A program made the translations under genes and the position numbers. The notes under the pieces were generated by a model. It ran no database searches, had not been told where the DNA came from, and saw only the letters and a list, made by a program, of their open reading frames with translations. Source: Eledone cirrhosa (Eukaryota). Taken from it: a stretch of DNA of 64,000 bases. Of the stretch, positions 62,016 to 64,000 are shown in pieces (the stretch's first letter is position 1; each line of letters opens with the position of its first letter). Location: positions 333,374,001 to 333,438,000 of the forward strand of contig OZ024741.1 in assembly GCA_964016885.1 (NCBI GenBank), given 5' to 3'.

Positions 62016-63286
62016 CTAAAATAATGGCACATGAAACTATTACAGGCTCTGGTTTAATTAACCTCTTGGCTTGAGAAAAACTTTAACTTTTATTTTTAAA
62101 TAATTTTAAAATGTTTTCAATGCTAAATTGTTAAAATTTAACAAATATATAATTTTCCCAGATTAATTATTCATAACTTGACATGTGATTAAGTAATTTA
62201 TAAAAAAATGTTCTAATAATTTTCTTAGTAATTTATTCACAGTAATTTTCTTCACTAGGATAAATTTAAAGTGGTAAACAGTCTGTGATCTTATTTACTA
62301 CCATAACTAGGCCCTTATGTGCCTTTAGCAGAGACCACTCTGTTGCAAGCATTTGGCCCAGGCCTCCAGATAAGAATATATACTTTCCTATCTCCCTGCT
62401 TCCCTCCCACCTTTCTTCCTTTCTCCCACATCAGGTGTATTGCTTTTCCCTCTCGGACTAAACACATCCTTGTGTGTAACACATCTCCCTCACCAATCCC
62501 TCAGGGTAAACAGTAAAAAAACACAACAGTCTTGAATTTTACTCACAGCCTACAAAATGATGTAATATATATATATCAACAATATTGATTATATTCTATC
62601 TAAAATTAAAGTAGAGCTTTTCTTCTCATTCTATGATGTAATATAGTATAACTGAAGATTAGAGTCTCAGAAATACGACTCCTAAATTAATGGGTAAAAG
62701 CATTTTAGGATACACATCTCAATTTGCAAGCTAAACTCTCAAGTTCATAACCCATATATGATATCATATATTTGGCTGACTTCTAATTTATCTAAACAAA
62801 TCCAGTACCAGGAGATGGGGGTGGTTACTGTACCCACAGCAAAATGGAAGAAGTTACTGAAATACTGTAATTTATTGAAACAAAACTAATTTTATGCTGT
62901 GCTGGGAGATGGCTGGGTGGTATTGTATCTACAACAAACTGGAATAACTTATTGAAGTTTGTTGATGGATTACTTTATTCAGCCAATGGCATTCAAGTTG
63001 TTTGGATAGAAAGACAACTAACAATGAAATTTTGTCATTGTTGGTAGTTCATTTTACTAAAGTATCAGGTGATGTTGGTGAAAGTGTTTGGTTATTCCAG
63101 TAATTCAGCCTCTCTACCACCTGCAGTAATACTTGTGGGTGTTTTAGGCTGCCTTAAAACATTTTAGAGGAAAACACTAGAATTCTATGTTGTAGTGTGT
63201 AACCAAGAGATAGTATATGATTTTTCTCTCTTATTTTTTCTCTCTGATTTAATTTTTATAGACATAATCTGTTTGCATTGCTGATT

Positions 63287-63530
63287 CATCATCATCATCA
63301 CCGTTTTACGTCCATTCTTCCACGCTAGCATGGGTTAGATGGGTTGTCCAGTTGTCAGCCCAATCGGCTGACCTTGTTTTGCTCATACGGGAACTGATTC
63401 TAGCTTGATTTATACAGCTGGATGCCCTTCCTAACACCAACCTCATTTACAGTGAATGCTAGGTGCTTTTTTTCTGTGGCACCTCCATGATCACTTTGCT
63501 GTGGGAGGGGTGGGGGCATATTGTCTGTAT
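63287..63530 (-). mobile_element. RTE 3' UTR/tail fragment
   Basis: (atc)n, ccacgctagcatgggttag, ggatgcccttcctaacaccaac. Confidence 0.8.
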
Positions 63531-63916
63531 GCTTATGTGTATATACTTCAAACTGATAATAGTTAAACCTTATGGAATTTTAAAGATTAAAAAAAAAGTC
63601 AGAATGAACTCTCCTGTATTTTGAGTCTAGGCATACGAAAAAAAACAAGAAAAAGATTTCAGAAAGATTTTCTTTTATTAATTGAAATATTTTGAAATAT
63701 GGTAGAAAGATAACCAATATATATGAGTTCAAACTTATGTTAGATGTTTTGTTGTCTACACGGTTGACTATATATAGGTACATAGCTCACAAAAATCTAG
63801 CAAAGGTCAAGATTGAATTGTAAATCAATGAGTTGATAGACTCTAGACCAACAAAATGATTCATAATTTGTCATTAGGTAAACCCCTAACCCTAATTTTT
63901 ACCATTCTCCAATGCA

Positions 63917-64000
63917 ACACATGAACTTATCCTTCAGGGTAACACATTAACACACCCTCCAGTGTAACACATGAATTTATCCTTCAGGGTAACACATTAA
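63917..64000. repeat. ~49-bp tandem repeat running off the window end
   Basis: aacacatgaa.ttatccttcagggtaacacattaa occurs twice. Confidence 0.75.

Noticed and set aside
63878-63895. Telomere-like ccctaaccctaa
   Set aside because: Only two units; not a telomeric array

Overview
Very AT-rich eukaryotic (animal) DNA dominated by microsatellites and transposable elements. The SINE, LINE and microsatellite repertoire looks like a coleoid cephalopod such as Octopus (inference from repeat content only). No host protein-coding gene can be supported; almost all short ORFs are (TA)n/(CA)n/(ATC)n artefacts. Real coding sequence is all retrotransposon-derived: a near full-length RTE LINE (ORF 37251-40163, minus; endonuclease, RT and PHD-like finger, with an in-frame 318-nt deletion that removes the endonuclease catalytic His motif), a degraded sister RTE (22472-26240), a 5'-truncated CR1-type LINE with a 790-aa open frame (54330-56702), and fragments of Tx1/L1-like, RLE-type (R4/Dong/NeSL-like) and Penelope GIY-YIG ORFs. 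There are also many tRNA-derived SINEs and piggyBac-, hAT- and Tc1/mariner-type MITEs. The most striking structure lies outside the ORF track: about 13 complete type-I hammerhead ribozyme motifs, plus degenerate and half copies, from several unrelated sequence families. Many sit on both strands of long palindromes inserted in (TA)n tracts, as expected for Penelope-like element termini. All ribozyme folds were traced by eye and are untested.
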